The notes: generated by a model from the letters alone, not told the origin. DNA of 64,000 nt from an uncultured Phycisphaerales bacterium (GCA_963755915.1 CAVWLP010000003.1:928001-992000), one strand, 5' to 3'. Shown: positions 10,712 to 21,552, counted from the stretch's first letter. Program-made: numbers and translations.

Positions 10712-10933
10712 ATGGCATTGAAGCAAACGCACATCTATCGGGGCCACGCAATCGTGCACCAGGTCTTTTCCACGGATGCAACCGAGGAAAAAATCGAGCG
10801 GTTCGTCGTGAGTTGTCCGGGGAAAGCCAATCACCTTTGCACCAAGCACTCGCTCGAAGAGGCCAAGGCGTCGGTCAACGCGCTATTGCAGCCCGCCGCC
10901 GCGCCGGGAAGGTATGCGCTGAACTCCGCGTAA
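10712..10933 (+). CDS. Hypothetical protein
   Basis: 73-aa ORF filling an intergenic gap, purine-rich upstream. Confidence 0.5.
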   Translation: MALKQTHIYRGHAIVHQVFSTDATEEKIERFVVSCPGKANHLCTKHSLEEAKASVNALLQPAAAPGRYALNSA

Positions 10934-10953
10934 GCCCACGGAGTCTGATCCAT

Positions 10954-11937
10954 CTACGAGAACGCCCCTGATGGGCGAAGCGCCAGCTTGCCCAGGAAAT
11001 GCTTCTGAAGCGCCTTGTGCGCTTCGTTCACCTGATCGAGCGTAAACGTGCGATCCACGTGTACCTCAAATGGGGCCTGCTCGATCATTTGATTCAGCTT
11101 TTCGATGGTCCCCGGCTTGGGCATCCCGTCGTAGTTCTGCAATTTAATTCCATCTCGCCCTTTTGGCTCGGGCTCCACGCCATTGGGATACGCGGCCCGA
11201 CCCCCATTGCGCAGCGCCTCCAGCGCCTGCTCGGCGCCGGCCCCTCCGGCGGTCAGAAGAACGCAGTCCAAACCGCCCGGCGCAAATTTCCGCGCCGCGG
11301 CCCGCAGATCGTCTCTATGTCCTTCAATCACCATATCCGCACCCACCTGCGTCGCCAGCGCCACCCCGTCTATCCCCGACGCCACCGCCAAAACCCGCGC
11401 TCCCATTCGTTTGGCAAGCTGCACCGCCAGGTGCCCGATCCCTCCGCTGGCGCCGAAGATGAGGATCGATTCGCCCGATTTCAATCCCAGCCCTTCTTCC
11501 AATCCGATCAATCCGGTAATCGCATCCACCGGCATCGACCCCGCCTGGTCGACATTCAAACCCCCGGGAATTTTTGAAACATGGTCGGCCCCCACGGCCA
11601 CATACTCGGCGTAAAATCCGCCCTTGGGATTGGCCAGCGCTATTGCATAGACGCGATCCCCTTTCCTGAGGTGGCCGAACTCGCCGATGCCGGTTTCCAC
11701 CACGGTGCCCGCTCCCTCCGAGCCCAGGACGTAGGGAAACTTCGGTTTCACCCCCATCATTTCCGCGAAGCCCCCCTCCTGCTCGAACGGATCCCACACG
11801 CCGATGCCGGCTGATTCCACTCGAATCAAAACCTCCCCCGGCCCCGGCTTGGGAACCGGCAACTCATGCATCGAAATCGGACCACCGAACTCGTCAATCG
11901 CGGCGGCTTGCATGGTCTGGGGCGTTGACTGCGTCAT
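10954..11937 (-). CDS. NADP-dependent oxidoreductase (MDR/quinone oxidoreductase family)
   Basis: PKPGPGEVLIRV, GSEGAGTV, GFYAEYV, GASGGIGHLAVQLAK. Confidence 0.9.
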   Translation of the reverse strand: MTQSTPQTMQAAAIDEFGGPISMHELPVPKPGPGEVLIRVESAGIGVWDPFEQEGGFAEMMGVKPKFPYVLGSEGAGTVVETGIGEFGHLRKGDRVYAIALANPKGGFYAEYVAVGADHVSKIPGGLNVDQAGSMPVDAITGLIGLEEGLGLKSGESILIFGASGGIGHLAVQLAKRMGARVLAVASGIDGVALATQVGADMVIEGHRDDLRAAARKFAPGGLDCVLLTAGGAGAEQALEALRNGGRAAYPNGVEPEPKGRDGIKLQNYDGMPKPGTIEKLNQMIEQAPFEVHVDRTFTLDQVNEAHKALQKHFLGKLALRPSGAFS

Positions 11938-12156
11938 GGAGACCTCCCGGTCAATGAAAAAAGTGGCCTGCCCATCTGGGTAGTGCTGCACGTCAAAATC
12001 TTATGCCGACCCACCTGGGTCCGAATACCTGAAAAATCGCGATCCTTCGATATTTCCGCTCGTAATTATTGGGGTGTGCCGGTTCATGAGCCTATTCACG
12101 TTTGCGACATTCCTCAATCCGGCCGCTCGCACCGCCGATGGACCTTCGGGAGAATC

Positions 12157-12588
12157 ATGAATCGCGACAAAATATTAACCTGGGCCATCGGCATTTTATT
12201 GGCCATGGGGGTCTATCGCGTCTTCAACCCCCTGACGAAATTTGCGCCGGATCCTGCGGACGGGGAGTGGACGGCGGCGGTGGAGCGCAGCCGGGATTCG
12301 GGGAAGCCTGCTCTCGTGCTCTTCTCGGCGAACTGGTGTCCGACGTGCCAGTCGCTCAGCCAAAATGTGCTGACGCGCGACGACGTCATGCAGGAGCTTG
12401 ACGATCACTATGTGTTTTACGTCGTGGATCTGACCGATCCGAGCCCGGCGGTGGCGGCACGTTCTAAGAAATTCGGGGTGCACTACATTCCGCAACTCAT
12501 CCGTTATGACAAGGATGGGAACGAAACGGCGCGGGCGAATTTCATGGATGCGGATCAGTTGATCGCCTGGCTGAAGGCTGGGGAATAA
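12157..12588 (+). CDS. Membrane-anchored thioredoxin-fold protein
   Basis: N-terminal TM helix; FSANWCPTC. Confidence 0.85.
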   Translation: MNRDKILTWAIGILLAMGVYRVFNPLTKFAPDPADGEWTAAVERSRDSGKPALVLFSANWCPTCQSLSQNVLTRDDVMQELDDHYVFYVVDLTDPSPAVAARSKKFGVHYIPQLIRYDKDGNETARANFMDADQLIAWLKAGE

Positions 12589-12641
12589 CTGTCTTGCACC
12601 CTATCCCTTAAATCCCAGCACCAATCGCAATGAGATAAACC

Positions 12642-12941
12642 TTAAAGCTTTCGCGAACGCCGCCAACTGCCCGGCTCCCGCCGAAGATCAAACACCGCGA
12701 TAATATCCAACAGATTCACCGCCGTAACGCGATAGATCAGCGCGTAAGGAAACCTTTCAAGCCGATAGCGCCGGATTCCAGGCTCGATCTCCGGCCAGCG
12801 TTGCGGCGCATCAAGGACGCGCGTCAATGCAATTCCAATGTCCACGGCAAACTCAGTTCCCAACCCAGGGCGCCGAGTTTCGTAGAATTCCGCCGCCGCC
12901 ATCAGATCAAGCCTCGCCTCAGGCGCAAAGCGATAGTTCAT
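12642..12941 (-). CDS. RelE/ParE family toxin
   Basis: FAPEARLDL..AAEFYE..GLGTEF..RRYRLERFPYALIY. Confidence 0.88.
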   Translation of the reverse strand: MNYRFAPEARLDLMAAAEFYETRRPGLGTEFAVDIGIALTRVLDAPQRWPEIEPGIRRYRLERFPYALIYRVTAVNLLDIIAVFDLRREPGSWRRSRKL

Positions 12942-12944
12942 CCC

Positions 12945-13181
12945 TCACCGTTGGAAGCGTTGTCTAAATTCCCGCATGACTTCCTCGCCAGGTATCGGGA
13001 CTGCCTCTCCGCTGTCAATGGAGGCAATTCGGCGGCGGATTTCCGCGAGTTGGTCCGAACTCAATTCCCCACCGAGTTCCACTGCCGAAGCGAACTGCCA
13101 AAGCGTCTCCGCGACCTCATCCCGCTCCTTTGGATCCAAGGCCATCGCTTCGTTAATGATCTGATCTTTCGTCATGGGCAT
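12945..13181 (-). CDS. Addiction module antitoxin component
   Basis: AMALDPKER..LW..AEIRRRIASIDSGEAVPIPGEEV; directly upstream of the toxin. Confidence 0.85.
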   Translation of the reverse strand: MPMTKDQIINEAMALDPKERDEVAETLWQFASAVELGGELSSDQLAEIRRRIASIDSGEAVPIPGEEVMREFRQRFQR

Positions 13182-13230
13182 GACACTCAGTATACCATGC
13201 CGTCGCGCCCCAATCGCGACCCTCTTTTCT

Positions 13231-13815
13231 CTACCCCTTCAACCCCCGCAAAATAAACTCAATCGCGTGCTCCACCGAAAAATGATTGAACTGCTTCAAG
13301 TTCAGCGCAATCATCGCATACCCAATCCCGGTATTGATGAGCTGCCACGCCGGCACGCGCGAGTCTGAGTCCTTGCGGAATTCGCCGGCCTTCTGGCCAT
13401 CCTCGATGATTTTGCGGAAAAACCGCTCGATCTCGCTGTAATGCTCCTTCAGGACTGAAAGCACCTTCCGGTCCCGGGTTGTCGCCAGGGCGCCGTGGAT
13501 CACGTGATAGGCGTTCTCATTGGACTTAATGTGCTGCGGAAACCCGCGGGCGATGGTGCGGATCTTCTCGGTTGAGGTCGGCGCCTTTTCAATCAGTTGC
13601 CGCCAGTGCTTAAGTGTCTGGACGCTAACCGCCCGGGTGATGGCCACGAACATCTCCTGCTTGGTGGAGAAATGGCGGTAGAGGATCGGCTCGGTGACGC
13701 CCGCGGCGTCGGCGATCGCCGCCGTGGTTGCCGCGTCGAAACCGTGTTCCGCAAAGACCTTCGTTGCCACCTGGATCAATTGCTCGCGTCGCTGGGGAGC
13801 CTTCAATCTGGACAT
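13231..13815 (-). CDS. TetR/AcrR family transcriptional regulator
   Basis: RREQLIQVA..FAEHGF..IADAAGVTEPILYRHFSTK. Confidence 0.92.
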   Translation of the reverse strand: MSRLKAPQRREQLIQVATKVFAEHGFDAATTAAIADAAGVTEPILYRHFSTKQEMFVAITRAVSVQTLKHWRQLIEKAPTSTEKIRTIARGFPQHIKSNENAYHVIHGALATTRDRKVLSVLKEHYSEIERFFRKIIEDGQKAGEFRKDSDSRVPAWQLINTGIGYAMIALNLKQFNHFSVEHAIEFILRGLKG

Positions 13816-14016
13816 GTCATGTTTAATACAGATTAGCGGACGATGTGACAAGCAACTCGTGCGTTAACGCCAAAGGCTCATCGAAGTCCGAATAAAGTGC
13901 CCCGCTTCTCATTGCCAGTTCGCCAATCGGCAATCGGCAATTGCCCGACGCCAGTTTCCGCTTGTCCTACCCGCCGCATTCTAGATAATACCCCCATCGC
14001 CATTTGGAGGCTTTTG

Positions 14017-15363
14017 ATGTTTGGGCGCTCGTATCGAGCTATAGAGATACCGCTTTTATTGGCGGCCTTCATTGTATTTTGCACGGCCCCGCTTGGCGCC
14101 CAGTCCGTCTTCCTTAACGCCGCAACTTCCGCGGAAGAGTCCGCCTCCCAGCCCACCGCCACCCAACCGTCTGCCAAAACTGCGCATACCCAGCTCAATG
14201 CAGTACTTCGCACCGGCGGCGTCGATCTCGACTGGGCCTGCGACCTGGCCGATACCGAGAAATTCCGCATCGAGCGCTCCGAACACGATGCTAACAATTG
14301 GCAGGCACTCCAAACCTTCCCCGCCACCATCAGCAGCTATCGCGACGGCAACATTCACACCACCGATTACGACTATCGCATCATCGCCCTTGATAAAGCC
14401 GGGGTACAGCTCGACGTCTCCAACCCCGTCAGCCCCCTGAAAAAGAACATCCTCAACGTCTTCAGCGGCGGCGTCGTCACCCTCCCCGATCTGCTCGATT
14501 TCCAGTTCTGGCAATCTTCCGTCAACTCCATGGTCATGGGGACGCTCGCCTTCATCCCCAAGCTCCTGGCGGCCCTGATCCTCTTCGGAATCTTCTGGAT
14601 CATCTACCGCATTGTCCGACGCATTATCTTGGGCTCCATGGCCCGCGCCCACGTCGATTCCAGCATCCGCGACATGCTCGGCGCCCTACTCCGCTGGTCG
14701 ATCATGGGCTTCGCCCTGGTCATCGCCTGCGATCAGATCGGCGTCCAGATCGCCGCCCTGCTCACCGGTGTTTCGATCATCGGCCTGGCCATCGGCTTCG
14801 CCGCCCAGGAAACGCTCGCCAACTTCATCGCCGGCGTCGTCATCTTTTGGGACCGGCCCTTCAAGGTCGGTGACTGGATCATCATCGACGACATGTTCGG
14901 CAAGGTCCTGCGCGTCAGTTTCCGCTCCACCCGCATGCTGAACCTCAACGGCGAAACCATCGTGCTGCCAAACACCTACATGCTTTCCAACCGGGTCGCC
15001 AACCACAGCACCCACCCGGTCATCCGCGTCGATATCCCGATCGGAATCGCCTACAAGGAATCGATCGACAAGGCCCGCACCGCCCTCCTGGCCGTCGTCG
15101 AAGGCGACCCCCGCATCTGCAAAGACCCCCCGCCCAGCGTCGTGGTCAGCGCCTGTGCTGATAGCAGCGTCAACCTCCTCCTCTGGCTCTGGATTCACGA
15201 CGAATCGGTCGAAAGGGCGGTCTTTTACGAATACCTTGAAAAAGCCAAAAAAGCCCTCGATGCCGCCCATATCGAGATCCCCTTCCCGCATATGCAGCTT
15301 ATGCTGGAAAACACCCCCGCCCTGATGTCCCTACGGCCTGACGCCCTTCAGCCTACGCCATAA
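14017..15363 (+). CDS. MscS-family mechanosensitive channel with N-terminal FN3-like domain
   Basis: GLAIGFAAQETLANFIAG, RPFKVGDWI, IEIPFPH; N-terminal VDLDW..FRIERS..W..Y.YRIIA. Confidence 0.88.
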   Translation: MFGRSYRAIEIPLLLAAFIVFCTAPLGAQSVFLNAATSAEESASQPTATQPSAKTAHTQLNAVLRTGGVDLDWACDLADTEKFRIERSEHDANNWQALQTFPATISSYRDGNIHTTDYDYRIIALDKAGVQLDVSNPVSPLKKNILNVFSGGVVTLPDLLDFQFWQSSVNSMVMGTLAFIPKLLAALILFGIFWIIYRIVRRIILGSMARAHVDSSIRDMLGALLRWSIMGFALVIACDQIGVQIAALLTGVSIIGLAIGFAAQETLANFIAGVVIFWDRPFKVGDWIIIDDMFGKVLRVSFRSTRMLNLNGETIVLPNTYMLSNRVANHSTHPVIRVDIPIGIAYKESIDKARTALLAVVEGDPRICKDPPPSVVVSACADSSVNLLLWLWIHDESVERAVFYEYLEKAKKALDAAHIEIPFPHMQLMLENTPALMSLRPDALQPTP

Positions 15364-15598
15364 CCGATCCCCGTGGCCCGGACCGAAAACACGGGCGATT
15401 TTTCAGCCAAAAAATTATCTTGCTCTTGGGCCGGTCGGAGTTTAGAAGATAGGCCGATTATAGAGATTTTGTACCGCACCGCCGTATAATCTGGTGTATC
15501 ATAAGTGACGGCTGTGAAAATGGGTTAGCAAACCGACTTCTCGAAAGACCCCCGGATTGAACCCGCCCCCGAAACCCTGATCCAGCCATCCGAAGGAT

Positions 15599-17388
15599 GT
15601 GCCCCCAATGGCCAAGCAACAGAAAAAACTAGGCGAGATTCTCGTTGAATGGGGAATCATTTCCACCCGCGAGGTCGCCAAGGCGCTGGAACACGCCAAG
15701 GCCAAGAACCTCCGCATCGGCGAAGCGCTGATGGACCTGAAGCTTTGCAACGACGTCAATATTTACAAAGCCCTCGCCCAGCAGCACAACATGGAATACA
15801 TCGACCTCGACAAGAGCTCGGTACCCCCCAACGCCGTCAACCTGATCCCCGACGACCTGATGCGCAAATATCTGATCCTCCCGCTGGGAATGGAGAGCGG
15901 GCGGTTGCGGGTCGCCATCCACGACCCCCTCGATTTCGAGATGCTCGAAGTCCTGCGCTTCCGGCTCAACAAGGATATCCGCACGGTTCTGGCCCCCACG
16001 CTCGCGAATTAAAACCATCCTCGACGAACTCTTTAACACCAGCGCCACCAACACCATCGACAAAACGATGGACCGCACCATCGACCGTCTGCGCGATTCG
16101 CTCGACAAGTCGATGGACCGTTCGCTGGACAAATCGCTCGACCGTTCGATCGACAAATCCCTCGACGACAGACGTCAACGAGGAAGGATCGAAGTCCGAC
16201 CCCACGCAGGCCCCGATCATCAAGCTGGTGCAGGCGATGATCGGCGAAGCCGTCCGCAACCGCGCCAGCGATATTCACATCGAGCCGATGAAGGACCGCG
16301 TGCGCGTCCGCTACCGCATCGACGGCGAATGCGTCGAGCGCGACCGCATCCCCCTGCGCATGAAAGGCCCCCTCATCAGCCGGTTGAAAATCATGGCCGG
16401 CATCGACATCGCCGAAAAGCGTCTCCCCCAGGACGGCCGCATCAAGCTCACCGTCGACAAGTCCAACGTCGACTTCCGCGTCAGCACGCTGCCCGCCTAT
16501 CACGGTGAATCCGTCGTCCTTCGTATTCTGCGCCCCGACAGCGTGCGCATCGGCATCCAGAGCCTGGGGTTCGAGGAAGAAGACTACAAGATCTTCCAGC
16601 AAATCATCAAGCGACCGAACGGAATCTTCCTCGTCACCGGCCCCACCGGCTCCGGCAAAACCACCACGCTTTACGCGGCGCTGAACGAACTGAATCGCCC
16701 CGACCGCAAGATCATCACCGCCGAAGACCCGGTCGAATACAACTTCGTCGGCATCAACCAGTGCCAGGTGCGCGAAAACATCGGCCTGAGCTTCGCCAAG
16801 ATTCTCCGCTCCATGCTGCGCCAGGCCCCCAACATCATTCTGGTCGGCGAAATTCGCGACAAGGAAGTCGCCGAAGTCGCCGTCCAGGCCGCCCTTACCG
16901 GTCACCTGGTCTTCAGCACCCTCCACACCAACGACGCCCCCGGCGCCATCACCCGCCTGATCGACATGGGCGTCAAGCCGTTCCTCGTCGCCAGCTCCAT
17001 CCAGGCCGTCATGGGCCAGCGGCTCATCCGCGCCCTCTGTCCCAAGTGCAAGCAGCCCGACAAGGAACCCGATCAGATGTGGCTCAAGCTCGCCGGCATC
17101 AAACCCGACGACCTCAAGGACAAAATCATCTACAAGCCGCGCGGCTGCGATTACTGCACCGGCACCGGCTTCCGCGGGCGCGTCGGGATCTTCGAGCTCA
17201 TGCACATGAACAACGAAATCCGCACCCTCGCCTTCGAACGCGCGCCTACCAACAAGATCCGCAAGGCCGCCCTCGCCGGCGGAATGAAGTCCCTGCTCGC
17301 CGACGGCCGAGTCAAAGTCCTCTCCGGCATCACCACCGCCGAGGAAATCGTGAAAGTCGCCCAGATGGAAGGCATCGTACAGATGTAA
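15599..17388 (+). CDS. pilB: PilB/GspE-family secretion ATPase (frameshifts ~16000 and ~16170)
   Basis: MshEN-like KLGEILVEWG/RIGEAL; ASDIHIEP, RLPQDGRI, GPTGSGKTTT, LRQAP, STLHTND, Cys4 motif. Confidence 0.88.
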
Positions 17389-17405
17389 CCAACCCATAAA
17401 ACACC

Positions 17406-18662
17406 ATGGCATCAACCCTCCAAATCGACCGTCTCCTGGAAACCTGCGTCCGCCGCAACGCCTCCGACCTTCACCTGGCCGTCGGCAAGCCCCCGACGCT
17501 CCGCCTGCACGGCCACCTCCGCGAGCTCCAGACCAAGGTCCTCGAACCCGAAGACACCATGGCGCTGATGAAAAGCGTCACGCCCGAGCGAATCCAGCAG
17601 GAATTCGAGGAAACCGGCTCGGGCGACTTCGGTTTCGCCTTCGGAACGGAAGCCCGCTTCCGCGTCTCCGTCTTTAAACAGAAGGGCGTCGCCAGCCTCG
17701 TCATGCGCCGAATCCCCAACAAGCTCATGACCTTCGAGCAGATCGGCCTGCCCGACATGGCCGAGCAGATCTGCCGCCGTCCGCGCGGAATCTTCCTCGT
17801 CACCGGCCCCACCGGCTCCGGGAAAACCACCACGCTGGCGTGCATGATCAATCACATCAACGAGAACTTCGATCGCCACATCATCACGATGGAAGACCCC
17901 ATCGAGTATTACCACCAACACAAAAAATCCATCGTGGTGCAGCGCGAGATCGGCGTCGACGTTCCCAGCTTCTCCGAAGCCCTCCGCCGCGCCCTCCGTC
18001 AAGATCCCGACGTCATGCTCGTCGGTGAAATGCGCGACCTGGCCACCATCGGCTCCGCCATCACCGCCGCCGAAACCGGCCACCTGGTCTTCGGAACCCT
18101 CCACACCAGCGGCGCCGCCAGCACCATCAACCGCATCATCGACGCCTTCCCCACCGATCAGCAGGAACAGGTCCGCGTGCAGCTCGCCAACAATCTCATC
18201 GCCGTGCTCTCCCAGGCGCTTTGTCCACGCGTCGACACCGACGGCATGGTCGCCGCCTACGAATTCATGTACGTCACGCCCGGCATTCAAAACCTCATCC
18301 GCGAAAACAAGGTCTTCCGCATCGACTCCGAAATCCAGACCGGCAAACGCTTCGGCATGCAGCTGCTCGACGACACCCTCATCACCCTCTTCCAGGCCGG
18401 GAAAATCACCATGGAAGAGGCCGTCGACAAGAGCAAAGTCCCGGGCCTGATGATGGACCGCCTCAAGCAACGCGGCCTGGTTATCGATGAGGAAGGGGAC
18501 GAATCCCCCGACGACGGTGGCGACGCCAGCGGCGCTCCCGCACGCCCCAAGCCCGCGGCCGGTGGCGGGGGCGGTTCCGCACAATCCTCCGACGCCGAGC
18601 GAAAAGCCCAGATCGAAGCCAACCGGCTACGCATGCAGGCCATGGCCAAAAAAAATAGCTGA
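17406..18662 (+). CDS. pilT: Type IV pilus retraction ATPase PilT
   Basis: ASDLHL, GPTGSGKTTT, ALRQDPD, AETGHLVFGTLHT, GIQNLIRE. Confidence 0.93.
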   Translation: MASTLQIDRLLETCVRRNASDLHLAVGKPPTLRLHGHLRELQTKVLEPEDTMALMKSVTPERIQQEFEETGSGDFGFAFGTEARFRVSVFKQKGVASLVMRRIPNKLMTFEQIGLPDMAEQICRRPRGIFLVTGPTGSGKTTTLACMINHINENFDRHIITMEDPIEYYHQHKKSIVVQREIGVDVPSFSEALRRALRQDPDVMLVGEMRDLATIGSAITAAETGHLVFGTLHTSGAASTINRIIDAFPTDQQEQVRVQLANNLIAVLSQALCPRVDTDGMVAAYEFMYVTPGIQNLIRENKVFRIDSEIQTGKRFGMQLLDDTLITLFQAGKITMEEAVDKSKVPGLMMDRLKQRGLVIDEEGDESPDDGGDASGAPARPKPAAGGGGGSAQSSDAERKAQIEANRLRMQAMAKKNS

Positions 18663-18722
18663 TGAATTTCCAAAAACCTCCGTCCGCAAGCTTTCGCAGT
18701 ATGTAGAATAAGGAAGCGACAA

Positions 18723-20735
18723 ATGTCAGACCCCCTACCCAAACCCTCGAACCCCTCCGGTTTCCCCCGTCCCGCCGGCAGCGGACGACCGATACCCATC
18801 ACCGCCGTCCCCGTCACGCGCATCCCGCCCCCCGGCTCCGCGCAGCCGCCCAAGCCTCACGCCAGCGGCAACGGCAAACCCCCCATCGCCCCCCCCATTA
18901 CGCCCCCCGCAGGTGGCAACCCACCGCCGGGCGGAAATCCTCCCGGCGCGAATCCTCCCGGCCCAACTCCCGGCGGCGCCCAACCAGCCCCCGGAATGCC
19001 ACCCATTTCCGAGCTAAAAGGCCGCCCCCTCGGCCGCATCCTCCAGAAAATGGGCAAGGTCACGCGCGAGCAATACACCGAAGCCCTCAACTTCCAGAAG
19101 ACCAAGCCCGGCGTCCAGCTCGGCAGAATCCTTATCGACATGGCCGCCATCAAGGAAGGCGACCTCACCATCGCTCTCGCCGCTCAGCAGGGATTTGAAG
19201 TCATCAACCTTGAAGGCATCAACATCGACCCCGCCGCCATCACCGCGGTTCCGGCACAGCTTGCCACCACCAGCAAGGTCCTCCCCATTTCCTTCGATCC
19301 GGCGACCAAGTCCCTCTCCGTCGCCATGGCCTCCCACGAAAATTTCCGCGCCCTCGACGACCTCCGCTCCCTGATGGGCTACCAGGTCACCGCCAAAATC
19401 GCCTCCGACCCCGAAGTCCTCGACCGGCTCATTGCCAAGTTTTACCAGGCCGCCGCGGAAGGGATCGGCGAAATCCTCGGCGAGCTCCAGGACGACGACG
19501 CCCTCAAAGACCTCAAAAACCGCGGCGAATCGATCGACATCGACAGCCTTGAAGAAGCCGCCAATTCCAACCCCGTCCGCAAGCTCATCAACCTGGTTCT
19601 GCTCCAGGCGATCAAAGACAAGGCTTCCGACATTCACTTCGAGCCTTTCGAAGGCGAATTCAAGATGCGCTACCGCATCGACGGCGTGCTGTATGAAATG
19701 ATGCCGCCCCCGGCTCACATCGCCCCCGCGATCAGCAGCCGAATCAAGGTCATGTCCAACCTCGACATCGCCGAACGCCGCATGCCGCAGGACGGCCGCA
19801 TCGAGCTTAACGTCAACAACCAGCCCATCGACCTCCGCGTCAGCGTCCTGCCCACCATGTTCGGCGAAAGCGTCGTCATGCGCGTGCTCGACCGCGCCAA
19901 CGTCAGCCTCGACCTCGACAAGCTTGGCATGCGCGACGAAGACCTCACCGTCACCCGCCAGCTCATTCACAAGCCCAACGGAATCGTCATCGTCACCGGC
20001 CCGACCGGCTCCGGTAAAACGACCACGCTCTATTCCGCACTTCGCGAGCTCAACGACCCCAGCAGCAAGCTCATCACCGCCGAAGACCCCGTCGAATACG
20101 ACATCGACGGCGTCATCCAGTGCCAGATCAAGCCCGACATCGAACTCACCTTCGGACGCATCCTCCGCGCCATGTTGCGCCAGGACCCCGACATCATCCT
20201 CGTCGGCGAAATCCGCGATAAGGAAACCGCCGAGATCGCCGTGCAGGCCTCCCTCACCGGCCACCTGGTTTTCAGCACCCTCCACACCAACGACGCCCCC
20301 AGCGCCATCGCCCGACTCCTCGACCTTGGCCTTGAGCCGTTCCTCGTCACCGCCACCATCGAAGGCATCGTCGCCCAGCGCCTGGTCAGAAAAATCTGCC
20401 TCAACTGCAAAACCGAATACCAGCCGACCCTCGAACAGCTCATGGAACTCGAGCTTCGCGCCGACGACGTCGTCGGCAAAAGATTCTACTACGGCAAAGG
20501 CTGCAACAACTGCAACAACACCGGCTACAAGGGCCGCTTCGGACTCTACGAAATCATGCTCCTCGACGACGACATGCGCGACCTCATCATCCAGCACGCC
20601 AGCACGCAGGTGCTGAGAATGGAAGCCAAAAAACGCGGCATGAGGACCCTCCGCAGCGCCGGGCTGCTGGCGATCTATGATGGGATTACGTCGATTGAGG
20701 AAGTCGTCCGCGAGACGATTGTGGAAGATCAGTAG
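18723..20735 (+). CDS. pilB: PilB/GspE-family ATPase with Pro-rich N-terminus
   Basis: RPLGRIL/QLGRIL, ASDIHFEP, GPTGSGKTTT, LRQDPD, CLNC..CNNC. Confidence 0.9.
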   Translation: MSDPLPKPSNPSGFPRPAGSGRPIPITAVPVTRIPPPGSAQPPKPHASGNGKPPIAPPITPPAGGNPPPGGNPPGANPPGPTPGGAQPAPGMPPISELKGRPLGRILQKMGKVTREQYTEALNFQKTKPGVQLGRILIDMAAIKEGDLTIALAAQQGFEVINLEGINIDPAAITAVPAQLATTSKVLPISFDPATKSLSVAMASHENFRALDDLRSLMGYQVTAKIASDPEVLDRLIAKFYQAAAEGIGEILGELQDDDALKDLKNRGESIDIDSLEEAANSNPVRKLINLVLLQAIKDKASDIHFEPFEGEFKMRYRIDGVLYEMMPPPAHIAPAISSRIKVMSNLDIAERRMPQDGRIELNVNNQPIDLRVSVLPTMFGESVVMRVLDRANVSLDLDKLGMRDEDLTVTRQLIHKPNGIVIVTGPTGSGKTTTLYSALRELNDPSSKLITAEDPVEYDIDGVIQCQIKPDIELTFGRILRAMLRQDPDIILVGEIRDKETAEIAVQASLTGHLVFSTLHTNDAPSAIARLLDLGLEPFLVTATIEGIVAQRLVRKICLNCKTEYQPTLEQLMELELRADDVVGKRFYYGKGCNNCNNTGYKGRFGLYEIMLLDDDMRDLIIQHASTQVLRMEAKKRGMRTLRSAGLLAIYDGITSIEEVVRETIVEDQ

Positions 20736-20768
20736 AAACTCGAATTCCTGCGCAACCTTGCTAACATC

Positions 20769-21052
20769 ATGCCTATGACGCTAACCGTCGAACTTCCCAG
20801 CGACCTCGAAGCGGTGATTCGCCAAAGCGTAAAAGGCGATCTTAATGCCTATGGCGCGAGGCCCTGGCGGTTCAGCTATATCGCGACCGAAAGCTCTCCC
20901 ACGCTCAGTTGCAGCAGTTTTTCGGCCTTTCAAGCTTTGAAGTCGACGCGATCCTGAAAAATCATGGCGGTGTCGATGACATCACCGCCGACGAACTCGC
21001 CGCCCAGGTGTCCGCTTCGCGCTCGGCCCGGCAAAAATCCCAGCCGAAATGA
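20769..21052 (+). CDS. UPF0175-family antitoxin (frameshift ~20850)
   Basis: TLTVELPSD then ALAVQLYRDRKLSHAQLQQFFGLSSFEVDAILKNHG; stop overlaps the next start (ATGA). Confidence 0.7.
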
Positions 21053-21552
21053 TCGTTGTCTCCGACAACTCCCCCCTTCAGTACCTCGTCCTCATCCAGT
21101 GCATCGAATGTCTTCCCCCACTGTACGGAGAAGTGCTCACGACGCCGCACATCATCCAGGAGCTTCGCCACCCCAAAACCCCCGCCCCAATCCATGCCTG
21201 GCTGGATTCAAGTCCTCCCTGGCTCAGAATCGAATCAACCGCAGCCGTCGAGGCGTTCAATGACCTCGACGCCGGCGAAGCATCCGCGATTTCTCTGGCG
21301 CGGCAGCGAAGGGCCGATCTATTGCTCATTGACGAGCGCGCCGGCGCCCAGGCAGCTCGCGCAATGGGCATCAGCGTAATCGGAACGCTGGGCGTACTGA
21401 TCGAAGCCGGACTTGAAAACCTGATCGACTTCGAATCTTCCCTGAACCGCCTCACGCTTCAAACCCCCTTTTACGCCTCCAGGACCCTCATCGATGCCGC
21501 CCGCCACATCTATCGCCAAAAATCCGGACAATCGCCCGACGCCAGGAAATAG
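21049..21552 (+). CDS. DUF3368-type PIN-domain protein
   Basis: IVVSDNSPL, LDAGEASAISLA, LLLIDE, GTLGVL. Confidence 0.88.
   Translation: MIVVSDNSPLQYLVLIQCIECLPPLYGEVLTTPHIIQELRHPKTPAPIHAWLDSSPPWLRIESTAAVEAFNDLDAGEASAISLARQRRADLLLIDERAGAQAARAMGISVIGTLGVLIEAGLENLIDFESSLNRLTLQTPFYASRTLIDAARHIYRQKSGQSPDARK

Noticed and set aside
15500-15600. c-di-GMP-I riboswitch upstream of pilB (GCAAACC..GAAA)
   Set aside because: The downstream GACGCAAAG-type consensus and paired stems are not evident
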